A stretch of DNA of 64,000 bases from Octopus vulgaris (taxonomy: Eukaryota): assembly GCA_951406725.2 (NCBI GenBank), contig OX597827.1:56482001-56546000 (forward strand), written 5' to 3'. The translations under genes and the position numbers were made by a program. The notes under the pieces were generated by a model, which was not told the DNA's origin, ran no database searches, and saw nothing but the letters and a program-made list of their open reading frames with translations. Every line of letters begins with the position of its first letter. Within the stretch, counting starts at the first letter, position 1. This document shows, piece after piece, positions 51,276-63,303 of the stretch.

Positions 51276-51992
51276 ATGGGTACAGGACATCACCAACTGT
51301 GTAAACAACATGAAGTACGAAAACAAACAAGTTAAATATGCAAACAATGAAAGAAAATAAATGGAAGACAGGACAAGCAACACGGAGAATGACTCTTCAT
51401 CAGTTGTCAGCTGTCTATCTACTCCTCATTTCAAGCATTCAATGACAATACAAGTCTTCAAAGACAGTTGCTTCCATAAATACCATAAACATGGAGGGCC
51501 AAAGTTGGGAACAAAAACAGGACAGTGGAGACATACGAGGAAACTGAATGAAAACAAACATGGAGGGTCGTTAGACCAGAATGAGAGGAAAATAGCAAAT
51601 GCTGGAAGAAATATGTTTTTGTAAATAGAAAAGATAGAAGAGAAAGATAGAAATAGAAGAGAGAGATGGATAGAAGATGCCCAGTCCTTAGAACGTCATG
51701 CAGGAAGAAGAAAGATGGACGATGGTCACTTGTGAGCATCAAGAAAGAGAAAAAGAGAAAGAGGGAGACAGACAGATAGAAAATGGTGAAGGGGAGAAAA
51801 AGGGAATTAGAGGAGGATGGGAGAGAAAACAGTATAGAGTAGAGTCGCATCAAAAACGTTAAGATAAACTAATGTGGAAATGGATGCATGGCGTTCAATT
51901 AAATAATACTATAAAAATATATATATGCATATATATATATATATATATATATATGTATAATAATATTAGGGAGTAAATCCAAACTTACAGGG

Positions 51993-52048
<56 letters not shown>

Positions 52049-52276
52049 ATTAGGGAGTAAATCCAAACTTACTGGGAAAAATTAGATTTAGGATTAAATC
52101 TAATTTTATAGTATAAATAAATATATATTATATTAAATTAGAGATAAAACCACTATTAGGCAAATCAATTTATAATTTATTAATTAATTTTATTTCTATG
52201 TATTGGTTTATGATTTTCACTGTTTGATTTGCCTAATAGTGGTTTTATCTCTAATTTAATATAATATATATATATA

Positions 52277-52802
52277 TATATATATGCATATATGGGTACA
52301 GGACATCGCCAACTATGTAAACAACATAAAGTACAAAACAAACGAATTAAATACACAAACAATGAGAGAAAAAAAATGGAAAACAGGACAAGGAACATGG
52401 AGAACGATCCTTCATCAGTTGTCAGTTGTCTATCTTCTACTCTTTTCTTTTTTTTTTTTCCCAGTGTTCACTATTTTCCTCTCATTCTGGTCTAAAAACC
52501 CTCCATGTTTGTTTTTATTTGGTTTCCTTGTATGTCTCCACTGTCCTGTTTTTGTTCCCAACTTTGACCCTCTATAAATCCAGAATTTAATTGGGTATGT
52601 ATGGGAGCAACTGTTTTCGAAGACTCAAATTGTTGTTGAATGCTTGAAATGAGGAGTAGATAGACAGCTGACAACTGATGAAGGGTTGTCTCTGTGTTAC
52701 TTGTCCTGTTTTCCAATTTTTTTTTCATTGTTTGCATATTTAACTTGTTTGTTTTCATACTTCATGTTGTTTACACAGTTGGTGACATCCTGTACCAATA
52801 TA

Positions 52803-52810
<8 letters not shown>
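52277..52810. mobile_element. (TA)n-embedded element with ~165-bp inverted ends; third copy at 51270-51620
   Basis: tatgggtacaggacatc...cttcatcagttgtcag(c/t)tgtctatct appears forward at ~51276 and ~52291 and inverted at 52652-52803. Confidence 0.8.
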
Positions 52811-52848
<38 letters not shown>

Positions 52849-54133
52849 CACACACACACACATATATATATATTATTTATATTATTCTTTAATTGAACAC
52901 CATGCATCCATTTCCAAGTAAGTTTATATATATATATATATATATATACAAAAATGAGACAAGAACGCAAAACATCCATGTGACCAGTGTTCGACCAGGC
53001 CTGACCTTTCTTTCTTGGTTCAAGTACCATCTGTGCAACATGTATATTCCTCCCTGTGCCTGTTAAAACATATGTCCCTGCCGTAAGGCTTTACTTCCAC
53101 ACATGCCAGCTTAATTTAATTTGTCCTTAGTCGAAAGATACCTGTTGTTATGTCCTGTTAATTGCATTTGTATTTGTGTAACATTTCTCTGTTTTTTTCC
53201 GTCCTTGTTTTCATATACATTCACTGCTTTCTTCCAAGAAATCTAATGCTCTTAGCTTATTTTTTCCTTGGGGCCGGATTAGTTTTGTAGAGGTAGGCAG
53301 ATCTTGTCAAGAACCTCATATCGCCTCATTCATCTCTTGTTTTTACTGTAACACACTGCCCTCTGTAATGAAGGATGGCAATGGATTTAGCTGAATTCGA
53401 TCCCCACTACTATAACCTAGTATTACTCAACCCATCTTACATCATCCCCTGTTATCATTTTACCTGTCTTTCATCATAACGTCTGTGAAATGAGAGATGG
53501 CATGGGATACGTCTGTATTCATTATTATATGTCTATATTCATCACTATTATTTTACTGCTAGTATCACTCTCTCTCACACCCATCATTCTTCCTTACCAT
53601 TGCCCACATCTGTTACTATCCATCACTCTTTCTTACTGCCACAGCAAAGTCTTCAGTGTGAGTATGTGGTTTGTGGAGTCGACTGTGTCCTCCGCTTCAT
53701 TTTTTGTAAATCACTCATTCTCATTTAATTGTATATAATTTAATTGTTTGTTTATTCATACATTTCGTCTCATTCGATACTCTGACCCCAATGTTTGCTT
53801 TGTTTGTCCTCGTATCGTCCCCTCTTTTTCTCAACCTCATGGTTGATAAAGAAATTGACCTTATTACTATCCATCAGATCTTCACTCTCTGTCAGTCATG
53901 ATCAACATACATTACTCTCTCACACTTTAGTTACTCCCTTATCTTCCCTATTACATTGCTCATGCTAGTTTTCTATTCAATCCCCTTACCAACAACCACT
54001 GTGTAACTGTCTATAGCTGTCTCTCTTCTGTTATCTCTTCCTTTAACACATTCTTATTCCTTTCACTCTGTTTTGAGAAAAATTTCAGAAGTGGATTATA
54101 TAGGAAAGGTAAGATGATTTGATTGGAACTTAC

Positions 54134-54213
54134 ATCATCAATAAATCCAATAAAAGGATCCAGATTTGTCCCTCTTCCAATAGTTAAAGAACAATCCAGT
54201 CGCTTAATATCAG
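54134..54213 (-). CDS. Pif/LamG3-like exon (LamG end)
   Basis: tgtag|DIKRLDCSLTIGRGTNLDPFIGFIDD|gtaagt; LxIG...FxGxIDD motif; phase 1/0. Confidence 0.9.
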
Positions 54214-54787
54214 CTACATTAAAAGAAGAATAAAAAAGCAAAAAAGAGCAGGTTAAAAAAGAGCATGTCTACATACACGAGAAAAATGCAAGGGATTGTG
54301 CTATGTGTTAATGAAGTATGGTACATAACAATCTATCTCATTCAACAATGCTGTTTGATATGATTCTGCTGAGTGTCCTCTATACTATTTTATAAGGAAG
54401 CCTCTACAAACATAAATAATGTAGTAAGATGTGCCTGACAGGATGGTATCAATTCAACAGTTACTAACTAACTTTTCTTTTCCAAGATAATCCTGTTAAT
54501 ATTTATTTCAAGAAGAACCTTTCTCAAAGTCTTATGTTGGGATAAAAAATACATATTTTCATTGTTAACTTTGTTTTATTTCCATCATTTCACTGCTCAT
54601 CTTACCACAATGAGAGGTTGATAGTTCATCAAGAAGACAGAGAGACTGAATATAATATAGATAGAGAACTAGATGAAACATAACAGCTCACTATATAACT
54701 AGTTAAACAATGCTATACACCTGTCATGGGGAATCTGTAACCTGTGGGACTTTCTAAATGTCATGCCTAATAAAAAATTATCATGAA

Positions 54788-54952
54788 GGAGTGGTTCTGT
54801 GGTAAGTAGCTTGCTTATGAACCACATGGTTCTGGGTTCAGTCCCACTGTGTGGTACCTTGGGCAAGTGTCTTCTACTATAGCCTCGGGCCGACCAAAGT
54901 CTCGTGAGTGGATTTGGTAGACGGAAACTGAAAGAAGCCCGTCATATATATG

Positions 54953-54983
<31 letters not shown>

Positions 54984-55200
54984 ATATGTTTGTGTTTCTG
55001 TGTTTGTCCTCCCAACATCACTTGATAACCGATGCTGGTGTGTTTACGTCCCTGTAACTTAGCGGTTCAGCAAAAGAGACCGATAGAATAAGTGCTAGGC
55101 TTACAAAGAATAAGTCCTGGGGTCGATTTGCTTGACTAAAGGCAGTGCTCCATCATGGCCACAGTCAAATGACTGAAACAAGTAAAAGAGTAAAGAGAGT
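54788..55200 (+). mobile_element. tRNA-derived SINE family B with internal (TA/TG)n
   Basis: ggagtgg.tgtgtggtaag...gggttcagtcccactg...atgactgaaacaagtaaaagag. Other copies at ~4472-4790(-), 6417-6700(+), 26217-26610(-), 33990-34315(-), 36603-37000(+), 46840-47240(-), 63058-63540(+). Confidence 0.85.
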
Positions 55201-56858
55201 ATAAACTTCTTTTAAGAGGTGCAGCCTGCCTATGACAAGCTATGTCTTGAACAGCTCACCATGCCTGCTATAACCACAGTGTGATGTTGATAGTTAAATA
55301 GACAGACTGTTTAGAAAAAGAACTTAACCATCAGCACAGCAAAGAGCTTACAAGTAGACAGATAGATTGGCAGCCAAATGCTTAGGCAGCCTCAAAGATA
55401 GACAAACAGATATTTAGATAACAAACTACATGGCTAGATAAATTAGATGTAACAGGACTTGTAACTATCTTACTATAACATTGCTATGATAATTGCATAG
55501 TGCAGCCTCAATTTTACATTTTGCCTACCAAGCACATTTTGCATCAAATTTTCTTTTGCACCAGTGGTTTAATTTTCTTATAAACCATGTGTCTCTTTAA
55601 ATTTTTTAACCATATATATATGTTCTAGTTCACTATATAAAGTACCACATTGATTTGTAGCATGGATATCACTGGTGTTTCCCATGATACAGAACGAATA
55701 TAAAATTCATTCTGTACTTTGCTATTCACCAGTGACACATGTTAAAAAGTGTTAAAATGTCCATTTTTCAAATTTATGCGCCCTTTTCAAGCCTAGTCAG
55801 GCTCATGGGCCTGGTTTCCTGGTTTCTATGGCGTATGTATTCTCCCCAGCCGCACGGGACACCAGTCCATCGCAGCGTTACTCAAGAAACAGGAAGAAAG
55901 AGCGAGAGAAAGTTGAGGCTAAAGAATACAACAGGGATTGCCACCACCCCCTGCTGGAGCCTCGTGGAGCTTTTAGGTGTTTTCGCTCAATAAGCACACA
56001 CAACGCCTGGTCTGGGAATTGAAACCGCGATCCTCCGACTGCGAGTTTCCTGCCCTAACCACTGGGCCATTGCGCCTCCACAAAATGTCCATTATACTTC
56101 CATTTATGGATTTGTTTCAATTATCATTTTTTTTCCTACAAATTATATTTCAGATTATATAATATAAGCCTTAATGACTTCTTTTTCGCAAAAATTATTT
56201 TATGGAAGGCAGCACTCTAATGATGGAGATGGCAGTGACTTGCTTCCTTCTGATATTTGTGTCTTGTACATTTCCTAAAATTCAAATAATATAGTTTGAA
56301 CCGGAGTAATGTAAGGCTCCATAAAAAATTTCACCATTAGGAGTGACAGTTAACTTCCATGGTATATTAAGAATATAGTGTGGAGAGTCACCAATGACTC
56401 CCATGGTAGGTAAAGTGCTTAAGCTGTGAGTTATTCTTCATCTGCTGTACTCATTGCCATTATCACTGTTTAGCCCCAACCCAGTCCTGACTCACTGACC
56501 TGCAATTAAAGGCATTCTGCTCATGACTATCTTATGTTTCTTTAAGGCATTTTGTATCTAGGAGTACCTGACCCAATGTGTCTGTCACCCTGTCGAGATG
56601 GTAGGGCTATGATATAAAGGGAATTTAGCATCTATTTCTAGTAAGTTGAATGAGCACATAGAGGCTCCCACATTGGCTTATGTGGCACATATTTATAACT
56701 TTGAGGCCAAGGCCACTTGGAAGTTAAGTGTTTTCATCATGGATACAATATACAGACAATGATAAAAATTACCTATTTATTTTCTGATACACAATTAGCT
56801 CCTCATCTGCACTGTCATAATTACTTTAATATATATATAAAATATAATTAGTACTTAC

Positions 56859-56952
56859 CACTTCCTAATTTGGAAGTTTTCAGGCCATCAACCCACAGTT
56901 CCACACGAAAGCCAGTTTTCAAAAGAGTCACGCTATGCCATTGATCAGGTTT
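56859..56952 (-). CDS. Pif/LamG3-like exon (LamG)
   Basis: ccccag|KPDQWHSVTLLKTGFRVELWVDGLKTSKLGS|gtaagt; WHxVxL...LxVDG is the LamG signature; phase 0/1. Confidence 0.9.
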
Positions 56953-57072
56953 CTGGGGCATTAACAAGAAACGTCAATAAATTGACTTTTAACAATTTTA
57001 TTTGCATTATATGTTTTCTTTTCACCTTCTAGTTTCTCTTCTTCCTTTCTCTCTTTCTTTATATATATATAT

Positions 57073-57380
57073 GTGGAGGCGCAATGGCCCAATGGTTAGG
57101 GCAGCGGACTTGCGGCTGTAGGATTGCGGTTTAGAATCCCAGACTGGGTGTTGTGAGTGTTTATTGAGCGAAAACACCTAAAGCTCCACAAGGCTCCGGC
57201 AGGAGGTGGTGGTGATCTCTGCTGTACTCTTTCACCACGACTTTCTCTCACTCTTTCTTCTGTTGGCCTGCTCACTTAGCCAGCAGGGTGGCGTCATTGA
57301 AGGCTAAAACAATGCAAAGAGCATTGTGACCAGCGATGTGTAACAACATCTGATGGCTTGGTCGGTCACAGATCACATGA
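57073..57380 (+). mobile_element. tRNA-derived SINE family D; inverted partner at 55775-56080
   Basis: ggaggcgcaatggccca.tggttagggcag head; ~190 bp shared with the reverse complement of 55890-56080. Confidence 0.8.
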
Positions 57381-57542
57381 TATATATATATATATATATA
57401 TATAAGGGTCAGTTTGAACTATTCTAGGCTGACATCCAGAGGAAAATGCATAAGTATGAAGGGAATTATATAGGGTTGCAGCTCTGAGAATAAGTAATAT
57501 TATAAAACATTTTCTCTACCACCCTACTCATTCTGTACATAT

Positions 57543-57794
57543 TTAACATAATAGCATTTAAACCAGCCATATCTAGCCAAAAATTTCCTCCCTGTTTTAT
57601 GTTCCAACTGACCATATCTAGCCATATCATGCCTACCAACTGACCAGATCATGCTTACCTAATGATATCATGTTAAAAATATTACAATCACATCATTGAA
57701 ATCTCAAAGCTATGATATAATGCATGATTAATTCAAAGCAATCTGAATGAATAAGTATTACATTCGACAGAGTAATCTGAATGCTAAAGGGTTA
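57543..57794. mobile_element. TTAA-type MITE, family P2 (related copies ~3449-3947 and ~40932-41100)
   Basis: Ends ...gtaatctgaatgctaaagggttaa; its reverse complement ttaaccctt(a/t)agcattcagatt starts the 40932 copy; shared body gaattaatcatgcattat. Confidence 0.6.
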
Positions 57795-57864
57795 AATATT
57801 TTTATCAAATAAATAGCAATAAAAGTCAAAGAAAACATTTATAGCAGGTTGAGAATATTCTTAC

Positions 57865-58250
57865 CAAATTAGCTTGCAGTCTCACCACTGACTCATCATT
57901 CAAAATAAAGCCACCGTAGATAGTTCTGGATGTTTCAGTCCTTTCATAGGCAACACCAAATGTTGCACTTTTATCACAGTCACTGTTATCGACAAGAGCA
58001 AATCGTCCATTTGTCTTCTCAACTGGTCGGAATCGAAAGGAAAGGGTGAAGTTGGAGCCAAAAAACATATTGTTCAATGCCCAAACAGTGACAGATGAGT
58101 CATTAAAAAAAGCAGCAGAAGAACCTGAGGCACCCTCTATAGGGAGAATAGTGACTGATCTGGCTCCAGTCCCCTTAGGATATTTAGAGTAATCCTTCCA
58201 ATCTTTGTCAAAAGGAAGGTGAATAAAGGGTTCACATCTTTTAATAATGT
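57865..58250 (-). CDS. Pif/LamG3-like exon (start of laminin-G/concanavalin A-like domain)
   Basis: ttgcag|IIKRCEPFIHLPFDKDWKDYS...SNFTLSFRFRP...ALVDNSDCDKSATF...QANL|gtaag; phase 1/0. Confidence 0.9.
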
Positions 58251-58959
58251 CTGCAAGAGAAGAAGTTAATTCTTCAACAATTATTCTGAATAAAATATAC
58301 AAAGAAAGAAGGAAGAATGATTAGAAAGTTCTTTCAAAATAAACATGGATATTTATATTACATACAATGGAAACTTATTGAACAGTGGCTTGGTAAGTTA
58401 AATGAGCAGAAGCCATACAGTTGGTGCCCCATCCCCTTGATCCTATACTAAACCTTTTTTTTGGGGGGGTGTTTTTCCCTTAGATTTGCAATTCCTTTTA
58501 ATTTTCTCCTGGCCCTTTCTTTTCTTGCAGACAATGATTTACAGATGTTGAAGGTAAAAACATCAGCCCCATCAGTCTCACCTAATTGGGAGGCCCTGCA
58601 TTGTCATAGGTACTGTTTCTTTACTTCTGAAAAAAAAAAAGTTGAAAAATAGATGGGTGTGTATCCCATGAAATATATCATTCATTACTCTCAGTAATGT
58701 AGCTTAGTGGATGCTGCACCTATGATTGCGAGATTGTGAGCTCGATTCCTGGACCTGGTGGTGCATTGTGTTCTTGAGCAAAACACTTCATATCTTGTCA
58801 CTCTGTAATAACTTCAACATCTAACATAAGGCAATATCATGCACTTGTACAAGCAATGTTGATTTGATGGAAGGAGTGATCTAAAGTGCAATACAAACAT
58901 TTGATCACTACAAACAAATCATCTCTGCAAGTTGTTCAGCAAGAAATTGTGGAACTGTG

Positions 58960-59380
58960 AAGGTGGCGAGCTGGCAGAATCGTTAGCACGCCAGGCGAGA
59001 TGCTTAGCGGTATTTCGTCTGCCGTTACGTTCTGAGTTCAAATTCTGCCGTAGTCGACTTTGCCTTTCATCCTTTCGGGGTCGATAAATTGAGTACCAGT
59101 TACGCACAGGGGTCGATCTAATTGACTTAATCCATTTGTCTGTCCTTGTTTCTCCTCTCTGTGTTTAGCCCCTTGTGGGCAGTAAAGAAATAGGTATTTT
59201 GTCTGCTGTTGCATTCTGAGTTCAAATTCCACAGAAGTCGATTTCACCTTTCATCCTTTCGGGGTTGATAAATTAAGTACTAGTTATGCACTGGGATCGA
59301 TGTAATCGACTTAATCCCTTTGTCTGTCCTTGTTTGTCCCCTCTATGTTTAGGCCCTTACGGGCAATAAAGAAATAAGAA
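58960..59380 (+). mobile_element. tRNA-derived SINE family A, with partial tandem duplication
   Basis: ggcgagctggcagaatcgttagc...gagttcaaattc (A/B boxes). Other copies at ~5127-5333(-), 12374-12578(+), 21455-21662(-), 22141-22580(+, two), 27455-27620(-), 38965-39198(-), 44818-45030(-), 45327-45678(-), 60470-60640(+). Confidence 0.85.
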
Positions 59381-59879
59381 ATTGTGGAACTGTCTTTTCT
59401 CAGATTATGAGAGTATCTTTACACTCAGTTGCTCAGTTCACTTAACTAAGGCTAGAGTGACACAACTCAACTTCTGATTATTATTTAGTTGATGTATGTC
59501 CCATTGGCTTGTAACAATAGTTAAAACTATATTCCCACGAGTATAGTTTGGAGGAAGCTGTGCTTCGCTGGGTAGACTTACCCTAATCTAGATAAACCAA
59601 AAAGGATGCTTTTATGCAGTCGTTCAATCTGGTGGAAACAGCAGCCAAATCTCCCATAAATTGCACCCTACCATCTTAAAAAAACGGAAGAACATTAAAT
59701 AATGTAGTTCTAGATATTCTTAAATGACTGGATGATCGAGACTGGAATGTCTTTGATTATAAGTCACTTCAAAGAAGGTTCAATTGGGGCTAAACACCAA
59801 CAGTAGCATCATGAAGAAAAAAGTTTTCCAGGGGTGACCTATTGATCCCTATTGTTTATAAGAATTACCAAAGCATTAT

Positions 59880-60222
59880 AGGGCCCCAGGGCAAATCAGT
59901 GCACTGGGCCCTATCGTATTTATTTACTGATTGCAAACCACAGAATACATAGATTAGAATAGGGATCCTAGACCTGTGAAGTTCCTGAGAAAATCAGTGC
60001 ATTGGATCCTATAGTATTTATTTATTAACAATAAGCCACAGTATACATGGATTAGAAGTAGGCTCCTAGACCTGTGCAGCCCTTGGGCAAATCAATGCAT
60101 TGGGCCCCTATAGTTTTTGTTTATAGATAGTAAGCCACAGAATACATAAATTAGAATTATGCTCCTGGACCTGTGCAGACCCTGGCAAACTGACCTGTAT
60201 GTCAGTGCCTTAAGACGATCGT
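59880..60222. repeat. ~98-bp tandem repeat (~3 copies), probably in a hAT-type non-autonomous element
   Basis: aaatca(g/a)tgca.tgg..cc recurs at ~59893, 59991 and 60089; gggcccc motifs. Confidence 0.6.
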
Positions 60223-61262
60223 GCATGCAATTTCCTTCCTCAAGCTGGAGGTATTATGTTATAGATTGTAAGAAACTTGCCTAGGGAAACAAAAATAACA
60301 GAAAATTAGGACGTGAAATTAAAGGATAATTTGGGCGATCTAAATATATGTGACTATCTTTACATTTTACAGGCACTGATCTCATAAGTGAAATTTAATA
60401 AAATTAGTTTTTGAAGAGAAACGAGACGAGCATTAAATATTTCTCAATTTTGCTCTAATCAAAATATTTTGCAGTGTTTCGTCCGTTTTTGTATTATGAG
60501 TTCAAACTTCGCCGAGGTCGACTTTAACTTTCATCCTTTCAGGTTCGATAAGATAAGTACTAGTTGAACACTAAGGTCAAATACAATCGATTTAGCCCTA
60601 TCCTCGAAATTTCTGGCTTTGTGCCAAAATTTGAAATCAATAATTTTGCGCTAATAAAATTTTTTCCAAGGGAGGTAACTTAACACAAATCCCATTAAAA
60701 CCTGTTACGCTATTTGGGTATTATGACCCTATTTTGTAATATAGAATATAATTGAAATTAGATTATTTATTGCTAATTTTTCTTCTGGGAGATGGTATCA
60801 TCTATTACTTCTCGATAACCATTAGCACACAGGCGTCATTCACAAACAACCTGGACATTTTACGTTGAATTTGCAGCATGTCTATGTACAGAATAGCAAA
60901 AGATCCTTCAGTGGAGACAGAATAATTTAATCGTTTTCAAAAGCACCACGACATAATCACTATATATATATATACTTCCAAATAACAGTATTTTCTTCGG
61001 TGTCTGATTTCATCCAACAGTTTCTAAGCAAACACGAGAACAAATTTTAAAGTTATATTTAAAATGACTTCTTGGCTAGTTTAGTCTAAGTAAAGTTATC
61101 TACCTTGAAATAATCCTCAACAGGGGAAACTCCATCTCTTTAATAATCCCAATAAAATAAACATGAACAAGATCTCTTTGATAGCAAAAATAATTCTGGG
61201 CACAATCTTCAGAGTAGATAAAATAAGTGCTTCAGTAGTTAAGAGAAGTGGTGCCTACTAAC

Positions 61263-61412
61263 TTGTGATATTTCGACGACCTCTGATGCAAGAACATGCG
61301 TCAAGAGAGAAGATGGTTCCGAGAGGACACGGCATCCGGTAATTGTAGCCGTGAACGTCTTGTATGTAGAAGCGTACGTCATCTAAAGCTGCTTTTTTGG
61401 TACAAAGTGGGA
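61263..61412 (-). CDS. Pif/LamG3-like exon (partial chitin-binding module)
   Basis: atttcag|PLCTKKAALDDVRFYIQDVHGYNYRMPCPLGTIFSLDACSC...|gttagt; MPCPxGTxF..C motif; phase 1/1. Confidence 0.88.
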
Positions 61413-62451
61413 CTGAAATTTTAAAAAATACATGATATATTATTCATTTCACATGTTTCGTTGTGTACTGTTGCATTTTATAAATGTACGTGTTTTAATA
61501 TGAGTTTAATGTATGTAATTATGTTTGTATGTGACAGGAGACCGTTTGCTAAGATGGAAGAGTGATTGGGAAGTTCGCTTCAGAATCATGAAATCCTGGG
61601 TTCGAATCTTCTAGAACCACTGTGCAGCATCTTGAGCAAATGGGATCGTTTCTGTTTGATACTGCAGTCTCGAGTCGATCCAAGTAGATTGTGAATGAAA
61701 TTGAGGAAACGGAAGCCGCGTGGAAGCAAGTCAGGAAGATTGTACTTATAATTCAAAAGTCTAGCCTCGTCACATACTATGTCATGTTGATTCAACCTGA
61801 GAATTGTTTGAAGGGTGCAGGTATTTGTGAATCACTTAGTCAGTTTACATTTTAATAAACGAGTACTTAATTCAGTTGGTGGAACAATTAAATGCTCCTG
61901 GTCAAAACCAATGAAGGATCCAATCAAGACATTGAATCTGGTAACTGCAGGATACGCAAAACTCTCCGCCCACTTTCCTGAAAACGACAACGTCATCTTT
62001 TTGAGAGACAGACAATCAAAAAGTATATTTGCAATATTTCTTCTCAAACTAATGCCTCAGAAACTGGTGTAAATTTCAAGTTTGTTTTTCAATTTTATTC
62101 AGTTACAGATTCTGTCACTCTTGCAACAGGGTAGATGAATATTAAAACAGTCTTTACTCGATATGAAGCGAGGTGTATATACATTCCAGCCTCAGTACTA
62201 AGTATTTGTATCTAGCTAACCGTACATGTTACAATATGTTTCTTACATCTTGTCGACTCTATGTGAAGATTTTTGTAATTCATGACCAACTTCAGTATGT
62301 CTTGTGCAGCGTAAATAAAATCTAATTTAATGTTGGAACGGTGTTTTTGTTTCAATTACACGCAACCTCACAAGCATAACCAACCAACAACACGCAGAGT
62401 TACATGTTTATACACATTAAGTATACTACAAAGATAGTTATAAAAACTTAC

Positions 62452-62664
62452 TTAGCGGTGGACTGTCTGACACAAGAGTAATTTTGTTGTGGCAGTTGGA
62501 ACGACACAGTTTATCTTCCACACATTTCTGTGAAATTTCATCAAATCTGTAACGATCTTCGCAACAAGTACGTTGACTTTCCCGTGTCCCGTTTTTACAT
62601 TTATAGTAGGCAGCACAGGAAAAAACCTCACGATAAGCAATCCTTCCAGGTTGTTTGCAAGGAT
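62452..62664 (-). CDS. Pif/LamG3-like protein, chitin-binding (ChtBD2/peritrophin-A-like) exon; gene continues right of the window
   Basis: tttcag|xPCKQPGRIAYREVFSCAAYYKCKNGTRESQRTCCEDRYRFDEISQKCVEDKLCRSNC...|gtaagt; Cys spacing of a Pif-type chitin-binding module; phase 1/1. This frame differs from the ORF track. Confidence 0.85.
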   Translation of the reverse strand: MLANNLEGLLIVRFFPVLPTINVKTGHGKVNVLVAKIVTDLMKFHRNVWKINCVVPTATTKLLLCQTVHR

Positions 62665-63182
62665 CTGAAATAAATTATCGAAATTCATTAGGTTTCAAGA
62701 AAAGAAATGTCTGAATTCAGGTCGATGAACTATTTTCTGTTATTTAATTTCATTTGAGTTTGTTTATTAGATTATGGAATTTCAGCATGAATTTGAATTC
62801 AAATTTGATGTTTCGTTATAAGAGCATCCCAATTTTAATTTCTGAGAACACATCACAATTTTCAATTTGAAAGTTTAAAAAAAAAATATGAGATTGAAAG
62901 TAACGAAGGAGAAAGTGAAAGCTAAAAATGAAAAAGAACCAAAATAAGTTTTCATGGTTTTAACACGTGAAACTATGCACCTTCATGCTAGAGTAAAAAA
63001 AAAAAATTAACATATAGGTGTTCTGAAGAGAGGAATTTAGAAAATGCATATATATACGCAGGTGTGGCTGTGGTGTGGTAAGTAGCTGCGTGGTACCTTA
63101 GGCAAGTGGCTTCTAATATAGCCTCGGGCTGGCCAAAGCCTTGTGAGTGGATTAGGTAGACGGAAACTGAAAGAAGCCCGTC

Positions 63183-63239
<57 letters not shown>

Positions 63240-63242
63240 CAT

Positions 63243-63303
<61 letters not shown>

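Noticed and set aside
50747-51383. Long YI/MY-repeat ORFs (also 11194-11531, 14562-15031, 62988-63412)
   Set aside because: These are translations of (TA)n/(TG)n microsatellites, not genes.
52640-52700. GAAA...UA...CUGAUGA as a permuted (type II) hammerhead
   Set aside because: Stems I and III do not pair convincingly, and no GAAA follows CUGAUGA in any of the three copies.
57073-57150. tRNA genes at SINE heads (also 20885-20950, 56010-56080)
   Set aside because: The cloverleaf is incomplete and the heads continue into SINE bodies.
62452-62688. 78-aa ORF-track translation MNFDNLFQIL...
   Set aside because: Wrong frame; the Cys-rich chitin-binding frame fits the splice phases.
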